This document shows, one piece after another, positions 32,186 through 45,279 of a DNA stretch of 64,000 nt. Origin of the DNA: Azolla caroliniana (taxonomy: Eukaryota; Plantae; Polypodiophyta); the NCBI GenBank assembly GCA_043228905.1, contig JBHGNT010000006.1, positions 806,001 through 870,000 of the forward strand, given 5' to 3'. The position numbers and the translations under genes were made by a program. The notes beneath the pieces were generated by a model that worked only from the letters and a program-made list of their open reading frames with translations, did no database searches and was not told the origin of the DNA. How positions within the stretch are numbered: the first letter of the stretch is position 1; each line of letters opens with the position of its first letter.

Positions 32186-35171
32186 ATGATGATAATGATG
32201 ATGGAGGAGCAGGAACAGGAACAGGAACAGGAACAGGGGAAGAGCTTCTCCTCCTTCTGCTCCTCCTCCTCCTCCTCCTCCTTCCTCCTCCTCCTCCTTC
32301 GCTACCGACGCCCCTCCTCCTCCGCTCTGCTCCTCTTCTCTCTCGCCTTCTCCACTCTCCTCCTCTCTGCCCTCTTCCTCTCTTCCTTCTCCTCTTCATC
32401 CCCTCTTATTACTCCATGGCTATCCTCCCTCTCCACCAATTCCACAACCTCCGACGATTACTACTCCACCACCGACTTTCAAACTATCACCAATGCACGC
32501 CAAGGACCTGGAAACGACGAAGTAGTAGAAGAAGCAAAAGAAGATACAGAAGAAGATGATGATGATGATGACCAGGTAATAGCAGTAAAAGAAAAAGAAG
32601 AAGAAGACGACGATAAAGGAATTCCTCACGCGGATGCTCCCTCCCCTGCCATGCCATGGATCCTTAACAATAACCCCGAATTTAGCTCCCGATATGGCGT
32701 ATCTCCCTCTCCCTCAATTCAAGCGATTGAGCAACAAGCTTCCATTGATTCTTCTTCTTCCTCCTCCTCTTCTTCTACTCTTTCGGACACTAATAGATCT
32801 AGTTCTATTTTCAGTAAGAAGTGTGACATTTCTGTGGGGAGATGGGTTAAAGATGGGGAGAATTATCCTCTCTATCCACCGGATTCTTGCCCTTTTGTAG
32901 ATGAAGCTTTCGACTGTCAACGGAACGGAAGGCCAGATGCGGAGTATCTGAAGTGGAGATGGGAACCTAAAGATTGCCACATTCCCAGGTAAGTCTACAC
33001 TTCCAGATCTATGTCTATTATGTGTTATGTGTCTATTAACCCTAAACGACAATGTACCTTCACAAGTACGAATGTGTATGTGTACATTTATTTATGTATA
33101 CATATGTGATGTGTATGTAAGCGTTTATGCATGTGATGTGTGTGACTGCTCTATGTATGTATGTATGCATACGTACATTTCTATGCATATAACATAGTTA
33201 TCTGTCCTTTTCTAAAAGGTTTATGTACGCACGCATAATCTCCATTGGCTGGACACACACACACACACAATTGCATGTAGGTGGGTCCAAACCCTATAAT
33301 TGGCTGCTGACTAAGCTTATAACACCTCACTTAGGAGACAATGTGGACCGATCAATTGGCACAACATATAACCTTAATCAGGAGTCATAAGAATGACTTG
33401 TTAATAGTTATACTTGTTTTTTCTCATGCTTATACATGGTTATCGACAAAGCTCTGGATCATATATGTGTGTGTTTGTTTTCTGAGTGGTATTAGGTTTG
33501 ATGCCCGGAATATGTTGGAGAAGCTGAGGGGAAAACGCCTCGTTTTCGCTGGAGATTCTCTAATGAGGAACCAATGGGAATCCATGCTTTGCCTTTTACG
33601 AGAGGGCCTATTGAACAAAAGCCAAGTTCTTGAGACCTCAGGAAATCGCATCACCAAAGGAAAGGGTGAATATGCATTCAAGTTTCTTGTATGTTACTTC
33701 AAGACCTCTTGCCGTGTGTCATAGATTTTATTCCCAAATTCAGCAAAATCAACATGAAGTGTTGTAATGGATGGCTGTGGGTGCAGGATTATAATCTGAG
33801 AGTAGAATTTTATCGATCTCATTTCCTCATGGCAGAAGGAAAGAGAAGAACTATTACTGGGAAACAAAAGCTCACATTAAGGCTTGATACGATCGCCAAG
33901 TCGGCAAAAAAGTGGCGTGGGGCGGATGTTCTTGTCTTCACAACCGGCCATTGGTGGAATCACGGAAAGACAGCCAAAGGGTGATATTCTATTCATTGAA
34001 CATGCTAACTCCTTTTTCTTCGGATTTATATCGAATGATTGGATCTTTCGTTAAGGGCTTCATCAAACATACCTATTCAAATTCAAATTTTAACTAATAC
34101 ATTCTAATTGCTACTTTGTTTTCATGACTTTACATGGAATTTGATCTTTGATTAACACATTCTATACAATGCCATCAAATTTGCTACCTTTGTTTTTACG
34201 GTTTTATATTGAATGTGCCTGCTTATTGGGTTGGCCTTTGGTATTACAGTTTTATTTCGAATAGTGCACTTATGGGCATTTGATTCTTTTGGTGTTCCTG
34301 AAGGAAAAACTATTTTCAGGAAGGGGATACTGTGTATTCAAGCTTACCAGTGATGGTGGCATTTAGGAAAGCTGTGACAACTTGGGCTTCATGGGTAGAT
34401 AAGAACATTGATCCGAAGCGCACCAAGGTTTTCTTTTGTGGCTATTCGCCTTCGCATTTCAGGTGAAATTGTATGCAGACATGAAGTGTTTTTCTTTCCC
34501 GATTATGCTGCATGATGTTTATAACTCTCCTCAATTGTTTGTTAGATTTCATCACACATGGTTTGGAGAAAGCCTAGTTTGAGAAGTTAATGTAGTTTCT
34601 AAATAATCACTAGATTTTGGAAATAAGAGGCTAATGCACCACATCGTGCTTTGTGGGTAATGTCTTGTTTCTAAATAATAACTAGAATTGGGAATTAAAA
34701 GGCTAATGCACCACATCGTGTTTTGCATGTAATGTCTTGTTTCTAAACCATCACTAGGTTTGGGAAATAAGAGGCTAATGCACCACTCTAGAATTGTCAA
34801 ACTAAGAGGCTATTATTTATACCCTATACGAGGATTAAATTTTATATTATGGAATGGTGGTTGATTTGTGCAGTGGAGGACAATGGAACTCTGGTGGCCA
34901 TTGCCACAATGAGAAGGACCTCATTTTCAACGAGTCTTACATCCCGAGCTATCCAGAGAAGATGTACATAATCGAAGATATCATTAACCACATGAAGAAT
35001 CCAGTTGGGATTCTAAATATTACTAGATTCTCTGGATACAGGAAAGATGCGCATCCATCGATTTTTGGTCAAGATGGTCGTAGTGCAGGGCCTCGACGTG
35101 AGGATTGTAGTCATTGGTGTCTACCAGGGCTTCCTGACATTTGGAATGAAGCTTTGCATGCCTTGTTATAA
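32186..35171 (+). CDS. TBL: Trichome birefringence-like (PMR5/ESK1, DUF231) polysaccharide O-acetyltransferase, 5 exons, ~548 aa
   Basis: Exons 32186-32988, 33496-33688, 33787-33980, 34304-34462, 34874-35171 (1647 nt, GT-AG, in frame); N-terminal TM; [44 protein letters not shown]. Confidence 0.95.
34596..34787. repeat. 72-bp tandem repeat (~2.7 copies) in TBL intron 4
   Basis: TTTCTAAA...AGGCTAATGCACCAC units start at 34596, 34668 and 34740. Confidence 0.85.
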
Positions 35172-37099
35172 TAATCGACTAACCATATTCTTGCAATATT
35201 GTCATTCTGCAAGTTATATATTGTGTGTGACGGGTCAAAGTCACGTTATAATGCATACGAAAGCCAGCGCTTATGAAACATGTTGGGCACAAGTGTGGAA
35301 GATAACTGGGACACTAAATTTTACATCTAAAATACTCATGCTGAATGAAGCTTTAGTTTGTCGTGATGACACTACCACTACATTGAATCTGAAACTCTTG
35401 AAACCCGAAACCCAAGATTTCTATGGTAGTATAGAGTATACACAAAGTGTAGACCATTCTGATTGGGATGACCTCAAACTACATGGGTTCTGAAAGTTCT
35501 TATTGTGGTTTGCGTTGGGTCTTGCCCGAAAGGTTATATATCACAATAGGTTACATGCAAACTAAAGCAAAATTGATGAAATGAAGATAGTAAAATGACA
35601 ACCAATCAAGTACAAGGTGCTGGAGATTTTGTGTGGTTCTAAGCATTCAATATTTTCTTCCCTATAGGTTTGATGCATTGAGGATTCACGGTGCTTGATG
35701 TCCTCTTCCTTATTCACATAAGATATGCCATGCAACTCATAAAGCAGTATTTGTACACTACCTTGTGAAAGCCAAACCATCCAAAATCGTCATGATTTGA
35801 AGTTTTTGGCTGAATGATTGAGACAACCTTGTAGCAGAGGATGACATTGTATAGCAAATATGCATCCAATTTCTTATGGTCTAAGAATCCTTGTCCTAAC
35901 AAATCTCTTTCATATATGCAAGCTCATGCCTTACATGAGTCCCAAATAAGATGGAAAGGAAAATGGACAATTATATAAGGTTTGCACTAGATGAGTGGCT
36001 AAATTATAATCATGTGAAGAAGGATTCTGTTTGCTATATGCAAACATTGACATTCTCTTGTATCATAAAAATGCAACCGTTTTCTACAAGGAAAAAATCT
36101 TGGTATTTGTGTTTTTTGGTATAGAAGATTTCCTTGGGGCACATATTGTTGAAGCTTGGTGACGTAAGTGGTGGAAGTTTCTCATGCAATAAAATAGAGC
36201 TACACTCAAAATTAGTATTTGTACATGAGGATGTTTTCAACATGATCATTGAAATTTAATTTCCACTGTTGTGCAAGTCTATATGCTAGTCATTGACAAG
36301 AGCTTTACAACTATTAAATGTGAATGCTTTGACTTTTGTACATATATGTACATGTCAATATATACAGGTTCGTTAACCCTCGAAAACTTTGTTAATAGAT
36401 TTAAGTGTCCTTGATCCCAATAAGCTTGTAATTTGTTACGATTTATGGAAGTATTGGATGAGTAACTCATTGGTTTATTATTAAAATTTACTTTAACTAA
36501 TTCATTTCAAATGAACATGAATAAATTTACTTCCAAAACATTCAAGCTTCATTGTAATATGTCTTTCCCTTTGGGTGCAGAAAATCCATGAAACAAACCT
36601 GGATTAGGTTTGTGATGACGGTGATTGAATGAAATCGTGTGTTAAATAAAAAACCATAGTTTGCTCCATCATATAATGTGTTATGAAATAGTCATGAGTC
36701 ATGACCCACACACAATCAATCAAATGCAGTTGTTAGGGACATACCAATGTGATAAATAGTGAGTGCGAAAATAAAGTATTGATGCAAATGGAATTCGATG
36801 TGATGGAAAAAGAAAAGCCATGGATAAAAATATACCTTAACTAATAAGAATCAAAATCTTGCACAACTTAATTATTAATTATGGCAATCTTATGAATTCG
36901 TATGAATCAATTAATACATTGCCATCGTTTGGGTTGGGGGGTTACAATTTTGAAAATGAAGTGTCACGAATAGGTTTAGAACAATCTTCTTGCATACAAT
37001 CTCTACATTTCCATTCACTTGTAGCTCAAAATGTGGATGTGTTAATATGCATTCTAAAACACAAAATTTGACCCCCAAAGTATGTTTAATCACCAAAAT

Positions 37100-39700
37100 C
37101 CTTTTTGAAAGGTCATCTACAATGATACATCTTTAATTTTACATCACAATGTTTTTATTTTCAGAAAAAGAACCACGATCAAAGCAGTTTATGACATTGA
37201 TTTTCTTGTACCCGAATGCCCATTAATGCTTGTCCACGTGAAAGCCTGCTACCTACTAATATGTTTGTGCTAGACCATCCGAATATTATTATAGCATCTA
37301 AGCAAAACATGTATAATGGAAATGTTTGAAACGTTGGTTTTGAATGTGCGACACACTTTATAGCCTCCCCATTATTTACATGACAAATGAGCAACGATTG
37401 TTTCGCAACATTTACCAGTACCAAATTCTCATCGAGTTTGTTATGCTAAAGAACGAAAACTGAACCCCCACTAATGTTTACTTTTGGTATTAAAACTTCA
37501 TCTTTTATTAAGTCAAGGTTAAGTAAAAAACAACATTTGTGCACATGAATCTTCGAGAAATTGCTGTGGGAGCAAAAATCCAGCTTCTTATAATGAAAAT
37601 CTTTTTAATATCTAAATAACAAATCCACGCACAAGTATTATTACTTACATGACCTAAGTGTCGTTCAATCTTTTCGCCCATTATCTAACATATATGGAGC
37701 CACTTTATGTTGGAAGATACCCTTATCTCCTTAAACCAACATCATCATGGATAAAGACATGTCAGATGCCACCATTTCTTCTTATTTATACATCAACTTT
37801 ACATATATGTGCAACACAAAATATACATAATGAAGTTATGGGAAATTGGGGATGAGGAATAGTGTGGTAAAAAGGTGGTTATAGTGAGTGGTTATCAATT
37901 TGAAGTAGAAGATTATTAGTAAAATCAGTTCATGTTAGACGTAAGCCATTTGTGCCTAGGAATTTATTATAAGTAGATGGAATTCCTCATGTACATGTTC
38001 TATTGTAATAATTTGGGTGGCCAAAACATAGCCTATCGATTGTGACTACTAACCTTCCCATTTATTTAAACTTGTTAAATTCTAACCGAGGATGTGCTCT
38101 TTGTTTTTGCACGCGACAAAAATTATTTCCTAACAACCCCAAAAGGAATAATTATTTGTTCAAAAGTAATAAAAGTTTAGGTTTTAAAACCCAAGTGGCA
38201 GGTTACACAAGTTAGGAATGAAATACGTTCATATTTTGACAAATCTAAACCATTGTGCATAGACAATTCTTCGTACATATGATGGATGCACCACTATATA
38301 AATGTACTCATCATTACTGACATGATCTACCTAATCACAATTCTTTATAGCTTTGTTTAAGGTATCAACATTAAGAACAAGTAGGTCACGTCCACTATGA
38401 AGCAGCCTTTGGCAAGGCAAATAATGTTTTTTTTTGCACATATGTAGAATTTGTTCATGCACAATTTTAGTTTCCACGACATCAACCTTTATCATCGGAT
38501 GTTTCATTATGCCCATATGTTATGAAATGTTGTTGGATTAAGGGATAATGTTAATACAACAAGTTATAATGAAGATATATTATGCTATGCTAAAGGATGA
38601 TGTGATACATTGCCCAACTGTGACTATATGATATTCATATGAAAATAACTGCTCAAATGGAAATGAAATTTGATACTAGCAAGCATCAATAATCAAGATG
38701 TTGTGTAGTGCAAGCTTACAATGACCACCATTGTTCCAAATGTTTTGCAAGTATTTTGCCAAATCCTAGGATGTCATGATAGTTGGATTAGATCCCCATT
38801 ATACTAGTGAAATATGTTTAGGAGAGGACAATGTCTCTCGTAAACAATCATATTTGATTATTGACAATGGTATTTCTAAACAAGCATTAAGTTCCTAAGA
38901 CGTCCATCTACCAATCTTTATTTGTGTTGTGTGAATTGTTATGGTAGTGACCAAATGTGTATGTTCTTCATAAAAATTCACGCCATCAAAATGCGGGATA
39001 ACATGATTTCTATGTAAGTGCACATCTATATGTCACAAAGGTGTCCAAATTATGACAACACTAACTCTTTTGGAGTAGTGATAATGGGGTTCCCAAAACA
39101 ATATCACGAGACTTGATAGTTGATGTAGTTTGAAAGTGATGTAGGTCCAACAATTAGAAAGAATACCAATTCTTAGGATAATGGACTACTTAGCAACTAA
39201 CAAAATGTTCTCATTGAGTAGGAAATCTTTGCCAACCTCAAATTTAGGAGGACTATGAATTTTTCAAGATTCTATGAGGACATAGTCCTAAGGTTGCCGC
39301 TTTATCGAAAAGAAAAGGGGAAAACAAATTTGGAATAGAATAGTAATCCAAGTGTTTTAATGAAAAGAACATAAAAAATGAATTATCCAACCCAAAGTCA
39401 TGCATTGAAATCACACATTGAAGATGAACCATGGAAGAAGCAAAAGTTGATATCTTTATATTTCTCCCTTATTCCGTTGGTTTTGTGGATGACAAGCAAC
39501 CCAAGTGCTTTTCTTGGTTGGTTGCTTGTGGACGGAGTGAGAAAACAACGAGAGTGAGTGAGTGCGTGCATCTTTAAAAGGAAAAAGAAAAAAGGATCAA
39601 ACATATGAAAGAATATGATATTTCCTACTATTTGCAATCAATGTGAAGTGAAGGTTGAAAACAAGCTTAGAAAAGGTGGCCAATCTCTAATTTGCATCAA
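37100..39700 (-). mobile_element. Highly decayed L1-type LINE remnant
   Basis: Hand translation gives fragments resembling L1 RT (DG..EFYE ~38970; LGFGK...IID...FPFE ~38650-38770); boundaries uncertain. Confidence 0.4.
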
Positions 39701-40818
39701 ATGCCTAATGTGTAATTACTACATGTTGTGTATGACGGAATGTCAAGCTACATCGGAAATATTTTCCATTTGAATGGTCTCCATCCTCGAAAAGGATGCC
39801 AAAATCTTGGAATTTATATGTTACATTTTCCAAACTACATTTCAGTGGTTTGATAGTTTTGGATTCTTGCTATTGCTTTCAAATATGACCTCCCAAGTAA
39901 AGCTAATGTAAATGATTGATAATCAATCCACGTGAACTTTTTCGCGCCTTTTGTCAAAGGAAAAGGGAAAGATGGAGCAATGTTGTCACGAGATTTTCGA
40001 AAGATATATGGATGACAAGGATGAACTAGACCATGCACTTATATTAGTGCCTCAAGAATAATATATGGTCCCATAGTAAAGAAGAAGCTAACTATTTATC
40101 CTTATTTATTGTCAATGTTTATTTCGGGCTCTCTCGAATCAAAAAGAGATCACGTTCTTTCTTTCGTTGTGTATAGCACCTGTCTACGAGTGTGCACGTG
40201 CTTGTGAGTCGTGACATAGTGATTTCCTCTTTCTCATGAACAACTCACTCGCTCACACTTAAGAGTGACCACCTCTCTCTATCTCTATATATGCTCTTTT
40301 TTCCACTAGTGGACACACACAAATGTGCTCGTGTGTTCCATATAGATCACAACATGTACTGTCGATACCCACATGTATGTATGGTAGCTTTTTGCTTACT
40401 AGGAAAAATTTCAATCTAGATGTGCGGAATCGATGTTTTTAGTACAAGAAACATTCGAGTGGATTGATCAATCTTTGTCATGCGACCGGCCCATGATGAG
40501 AGACAAGGGGCGGCACCACCGGTCAACCCCAATCTCTTTAGGCATCAATTGTGACTCAATGTGTTTATAACGACAATGAATTATGCGACAAACTCTCGTT
40601 GAAAGACACGTTACAGTTTTCGACTTGGCGAGCGTGCCGAGATGGATCCCCCAACACCATTGTATACTTTTGGGAATATTGTAAAAAAGAAAGAAAGAAT
40701 ACAAAAGAAGAAGGAAGAAAAGGGTAGGTGCAAATTCATGAGGTAAAAACTATGTAGTGGATACAAAACACTTTCAACTTTTGGATAATATAGAAGTCAC
40801 TCACCAACAAACACAAAT

Positions 40819-40826
40819 ATATATAC

Positions 40827-40877
<51 letters not shown>

Positions 40878-40891
40878 ATATACATACATAC

Positions 40892-40922
<31 letters not shown>

Positions 40923-40965
40923 TGTATATTGTATATACATATACATATACATATACATATATATA
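40819..40965. repeat. Compound microsatellite (AT)n/(ATGT)n/(ATATAC)n
   Basis: Directly visible. Confidence 0.9.
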
Positions 40966-41153
40966 GCAGTAGCTACCCTCTCCGCAAAAAAAAAACAAAG
41001 AAAAACAATCCATCAATGGCCCTATCAAAATATGAAGGACAATTTGATTCATATACACATATTTGGTAGTAATCATAAACTGTCTTAGTTATATCATTAT
41101 GTATATGTGTGTGTATTACATATTATATGGATTGAAATAAGTACAGAATTGAA

Positions 41154-41346
41154 ATGGATCCTCAGGATGATTTGAAACAAGGATTTAGTGGTCGTGCTGA
41201 TGATGACCACATATTTGAATCATGTGATAACAATGTTCAGAATGCGTCATGGTCTGATCATATAGCTCCTGCTAATTTAGCCCCAATCAGGACCAGGAGA
41301 CTAGATTCTCACGATGATGAGGATGAAGCAGCAGAATTAGGAGAAT

Positions 41347-41396
<50 letters not shown>

Positions 41397-41760
41397 AGTG
41401 ATGGCAGCTGCAATGGTAACGCCATGGATGGGCGAGAGGATTCAGCGATGGGAGCTGTAATAAGTGGAGGTCGCAGGCCCATGGAGATGATGAAGCCCCC
41501 GCCTGCTGTGGCGTCGGGGTCGTGCGGAAGCCCCTTCTCATCCCATGAATCCATCCGCCGTCGCTTCCTCCTCTCAATCTCCAGCAGTAATCACTTACAC
41601 ATGATCGATCCGTCCATACTCAATAGGCTCAACATTTGTCCCGCCTCAATCTTGTCGCTAGGATATGGCGCAACCTCAACATTACCTAATCCAACTAGTG
41701 ACCAAGACAGTGCCTGCATGGATCATCATCATCTCAATGACAGCATTCATAATACTAATA

Positions 41761-41793
<33 letters not shown>

Positions 41794-42935
41794 ATGATGT
41801 CGACATCAACGCCTCTAAATCTGATGAAAACCATACAGATCCTGACCGTATTGACAAGGGCTACACTAATTATATCTACTCTAATATGTTAAGCACTGAA
41901 GATATTCAATCGAAGGGCGATCATTTGTATATAGCCAATGATCAATACAACATCATTGGGAAACAAAAGGTAATGAGCGTGACATCCCCGGCGCAGATTT
42001 CATCTTCATCGAGGCTCGGATCATCCTCATCATCGAGGCTGAGCCGGCACAATTACTCCACCACCGACAATTTCTTCTCGAAACTCCGTCGATTCATCTC
42101 GAATTGTTCAGGGCATGTCAGTAATTCATGCCCCCGAGGAGCGAGGCAGCTCCTTCTATGTTGCTTATATTGCCACCATGGCCGGCCGAAGAAGGCGAAT
42201 GGCAACACCAAGATTGTGCGCAAGCGCCGGAGTAACAATTATAGGGTCGGGTATTCATCGATCTTTGGTTCTTTCCCAGTGGGGATAACGATCAATTCCC
42301 CTAGTGCAGCCCATAATAATTCAATTAACATATCATCCTCATCTCCCGGGTCATCATTGTCGTCGAGATCATCTGTAGTAGTAAGTAGTAGTAGCCTATA
42401 CAATCATAACTATGGTGGCGGCACACTAGTATCTCCTCGCAGGGATCATTCAATTCAAAGTAACTATAACCATAGCACGGCTACAGCGGCCGTGGCATCC
42501 ATGTCATCGCCATCGCCATCACCGAGGCTAGTACGGAGAGACTCTAGTAGTAATAATTCATCGATGACAAACAAGAGGGGTATAGGCCGAGGAGTCATGC
42601 CGAATATCCCAAATACATATAATTTTAACTCGAATAAAAGCAAGAATCATAGATTGGGATGGATTACGTTCCGCCACAATCATCGTGACATGATGGTTAT
42701 GGATGACAATTCCGACCCGACATCGCCTACAGTGACATGCATCGGGAAGATCCGACGTGAGGTCGGCCAATGCAAGAAATCGAGTGATCATATCGCTGAT
42801 TTTAGATACAATGCAAAGAAGAATGGTACTAAAGAGAATATAATGAAGATTAGTAATCATGTCAATCATGATAATCATCTCAACATATCATATTCTAGCA
42901 CTCATAATAATGGACATGAAGTTTATTTGTTATAA
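41154..42935 (+). CDS. Intronless low-complexity protein with the plant PTSPxV(T/S)C(I/M)G motif (syringolide-induced 14-1-1-like)
   Basis: 593-codon ATG-started ORF that stays in frame across two (GAT)n tracts; DPTSPTVTCIGKIR near the C-terminus. Confidence 0.7.
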
Positions 42936-44496
42936 TGAACTCATTCATTCTCAGCTAATTCAGATGTAATGCTATTATATATTATTTCGAACTAACTAGG
43001 AATTTATTTCTAGCTGATCCTGAGTTCGAAAACTTCCATCCATCTTTTAATGGGCCAAAATTCTTGCCCAAAAACTTCTAAGAGAAATCAGAGACTTGGA
43101 ATGGAACAATATTTTCCAGATCGGTCCAAAATCACAGATAAATCACAACTACAATCTTAATTTCCAATTCCAAGATCACAAATTGGGCGTTGTTAGCAAC
43201 CACGAATTATACAGATAGATGGATGATCAAACCGGTCACCAAACTTCCAAGATATGATCTGGTATGCCTAATCTGTGGCACTCTAAAAACCATGTTTTAT
43301 TCATAGCTTCACATGATAGCACCCCTCTGATTTACTGTTTATGCAATTGGCAGCCGTATAGATTATGTGCGCACAAAAATAAAGAAAAGGGGAGGGATTA
43401 AAGGCTAAGGTTTAACCCTCTGCATCATGAATGGAGGGAGGGTATGATAATGAATCCCTAATTTAAGGTCTCTAGTCTGCATAATCGATGATCTCCATAA
43501 GTAATTAATGCATGAACCTTATGAATGAATGACCGATTACGTTTAATTGGCTCAACAATCCTGAAGTTCTTCAACTCGTAGGCAAAGTGTCAGAGTACAA
43601 TTAGGTACAACAGACCCAGTAAACCCATGACCATATGCGAACATATAGATCATATACTGCTCAGTGGCGTGAAGAAAATACTTGCTAGGACTCCTATCCC
43701 AATGGGTGTTTGTTAAACCCAGCACAACAATAAACAAAAGCATACAGAGGTCTTTCGTGACCACGCACTTACATATATATGGTTATGTTACAATAAGCTT
43801 GGTAATCGTCTCCATTTTATTATATATACCTAGGATTAAACCAAAGATCAAATTCAATCTACCATTCCTACAGTCTGCAGCTTCCAAATCTTACCTTCTG
43901 GTTTGCACCTGAGTGAATTAAATGTGAGTTTCCAATTCCGCTCTAGAATTCCATCCTACATTTTCCAGCTGTTTGTATGTTACTACAGAAAAATTTAGTC
44001 TTTTTCTTGACGCAAGTATGTTACTACATGGTTAGAATCTCTGCCTATTGTATGTGAAGGGGAGTTCCTGGGTCAAAAGCAGTTTACAAAACCTTTCTCG
44101 CTCTGTAACTCGTTTATTTTCTAACTATCAATTATCCACGACCACATCTCAGTGGAAGTCCTTTGTTTTCTCAATCTACAAGTCTTTTCTTTTGAAAAGC
44201 TGAAATTGAACCTAGAATCAAATTCTCCAAACAGAATTCACTTATTAGAGCTTTTCATATGACTTTGAACCACATTTTCCACGAGTTTAAAACAGATGTT
44301 ACATGAACATTCCTTGCGTCTGTTCAATTGTGATCTGTTACCAGAGTCTCCAAATCCAATTATATCTTTGTGCTGGAACAAGGAGAAGATTTAAAACAGG
44401 TTTTTAAACAAGACATAACAGGATTTATCCACCTTGCCAATGTTAGTAGCCCTTTCTTATTGGTAAGTTATTGTCAACAATTCACATATAAAATGC

Positions 44497-44925
44497 TTCT
44501 GTTGTTCAAAATCCCATGTTGAACAAATTAAGAGCCCCAACTGCCCAAACACCACATGCAGACAAGGACTACATTTGAATCCAAGTTATTGTTAATAATT
44601 CAGAGATAAAACTATTCTGTTCAAAATCTCATGTTCAACAAATTAAGAGCCCTGAATGCCCAAGAAACACATGCAGAGAATATAAATCTCTGCTACAAGG
44701 AACTAAATTTTGAATACTAGTGCCGAAACACCACATGCAGACAATATAAATCTGTGCTACAAGGACTACATTTGAATACAAGTTATTGTTAATAATAATT
44801 CACAGATAAAATTCTTCTGTTGTTCAAAATCTCATGTTCAACAAATTAAGATCCCTGAACTCCCAAGCAACACACACAGAGAATATAAATCTTGCTACAA
44901 GGACTAAAATTCGAATACCAAGCTA
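44497..44925. repeat. Degenerate tandem repeat (~3 copies) downstream of PEPCK
   Basis: TTCTGTT..CAAAATC.CATGTT.AACAAATTAAGA at ~44497, ~44615 and ~44815; CAAGGACTA.ATTTGAAT recurs. Confidence 0.75.
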
Positions 44926-45279
44926 TCAACAAGATCCTCGAAACACTGTTGGCACAAAAGCTGAGTCAAAATGAATCAACAAGAGAAACAGAAAATTTTA
45001 TGTTTATTCAAAAGATCCATTGACCATATTATTTGAGATACAAAGTACCATGAGAGGCACATATTACACATAATAATGTGCCGAACAAGTAGAATAAAGG
45101 TTCACCTTGAATGAACCATGTTTCTTTCTCTCTTTATCACTTAGGAGAGAATAAACATGATTGAATGAAATTTATTTCATTCATACATACATACATGGAC
45201 GGAAAAATGCAAAACACAATTGAAGAGTCTATATGTGTGTATATATATATGAACATGCATTCGATGGGTTTACTTTTTC

